Source: Yuukianura sp. NJ FZ-2021 (lineage: Eukaryota). Taken from it: DNA of 64,000 nucleotides. The stretch covers positions 9,796,001 through 9,860,000 of the forward strand of contig CM102290.1 in assembly GCA_046563655.1 (NCBI GenBank), read 5' to 3'. Each line of letters starts with the position of its first letter. Within the stretch, counting starts at the first letter, position 1. Shown piece by piece: positions 63,170 to 64,000 of this stretch. The translations under genes and the position numbers were made by a program. The notes beneath the pieces were generated by a model, which ran no database searches, was not told where the DNA came from, and was given only the letters and a program-made list of their open reading frames with translations.

Positions 63170-64000
63170 GACATGACCGGATGCCCGAATAGTCGAGGTG
63201 TCAGCCCGAGCCCGGTCTGAGGTCGGAGTGGTCGGGAGCAATTTTTGGGTCTAAAAATCCCAAAATTTCTCTGCGCCTAACGGCGCAGTATCGTTTTTAT
63301 TCCGTTTTAGCTTCAATTACCTGGCTCAAAAGCGACTTTCAAATACCGAAATCCAAAATTTCTCTGCGCCTCACGGCGCAGTATCAATTTTATTTCGTTT
63401 TAGCTTCAATTACCGGGGACAGAAGAGACTTTCGAACGTCAAATTCCAAAATTTCTTCGCGCCTAACGGCGCGAATTAATCTGTTTTGATTTTCTTTATT
63501 GGGGTGATGTTCGAAAAAGGATTCAGAATTCAGAATTCGTTATCGAAAACCAAAATCCGCAATAACAGGCTTAATATGCTTATTTCTAGCCGTTTTTGAC
63601 CCGATTTTAGGGGTCAAAAGCGATTCCGGGGTTGCAAATTCAAAAAAGCTTCGCGCCTTGCGGCGCGATTTGCTTCTTTCTAGCAGCTTTCGACCAGAAT
63701 TGCCGTGTGGTGAGGAGTGGTTTTGGGGTTGAAAAATCGTAAAAATTTATGTAAAAATTCTCGACACATATGATTCCTGACCCCCTTACTCCCAGGGTTT
63801 GGGCACCCCGACCTGATTTTCGAAGCATCCGTGCATGTCTAGTTTTGGAACAAAGATTTTTAAAAATTTCGGAGCCTTCGGCACGGATATATTCATTGAG
63901 GTGTTTCCTAAGCGTCTTGCTGTACTCAAATTGACTCTCGTTCCCGAAAATCTCAAAATTTCTTGCGCCTTCGGCGCAACAGTTTGTTTTCAGGGGTCTT
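63170..64000. mobile_element. Repetitive element with periodic GCGCC-N4-GGCGC hairpins (probable non-autonomous DNA transposon), running off the window end
   Basis: AAAATTT...GCGCC(TAAC/TCAC/TTGC/TTC)GGCGC hairpins with GCGCC at 63273, 63366, 63459, 63653, about 63872 (degenerate) and 63965. The first three lie in 93-bp tandem units. Confidence 0.6.

Overview
AT-rich, intron-containing animal DNA, almost certainly arthropod. The gene set, the 50-90 bp introns and the TTAGG-like motifs fit a compact hexapod or crustacean genome; the species cannot be determined from sequence alone. I reconstructed six spliced protein-coding genes by hand from GT..AG boundaries with consistent phases. They are the 3' part of dachshund (+, 13.2-23.8 kb, with the DD1 exons apparently upstream of the window), a complete juvenile hormone acid O-methyltransferase-like gene (+), a short GKAP-domain (HURP/Mars/DLGAP-like) gene (-), a 19-exon anoctamin (-), mannosyl-oligosaccharide glucosidase (-), and a D1-like dopamine receptor whose N-terminal exon I could not find (-). 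Non-coding highlights are a 7-kb, near-homogeneous 318-bp satellite whose monomer is a diverged inverted dimer centred on a perfect 32-bp palindrome, a foldback-type element with an 8-bp target-site duplication inside a dac intron, a tRNA-derived SINE-like head, hairpin-repeat elements at the right edge, and recurrent TTAGG/CCTAA mini-palindromes. No prokaryotic-type system (CRISPR, operon) is supported. All homology calls come from remembered motifs, not database searches.
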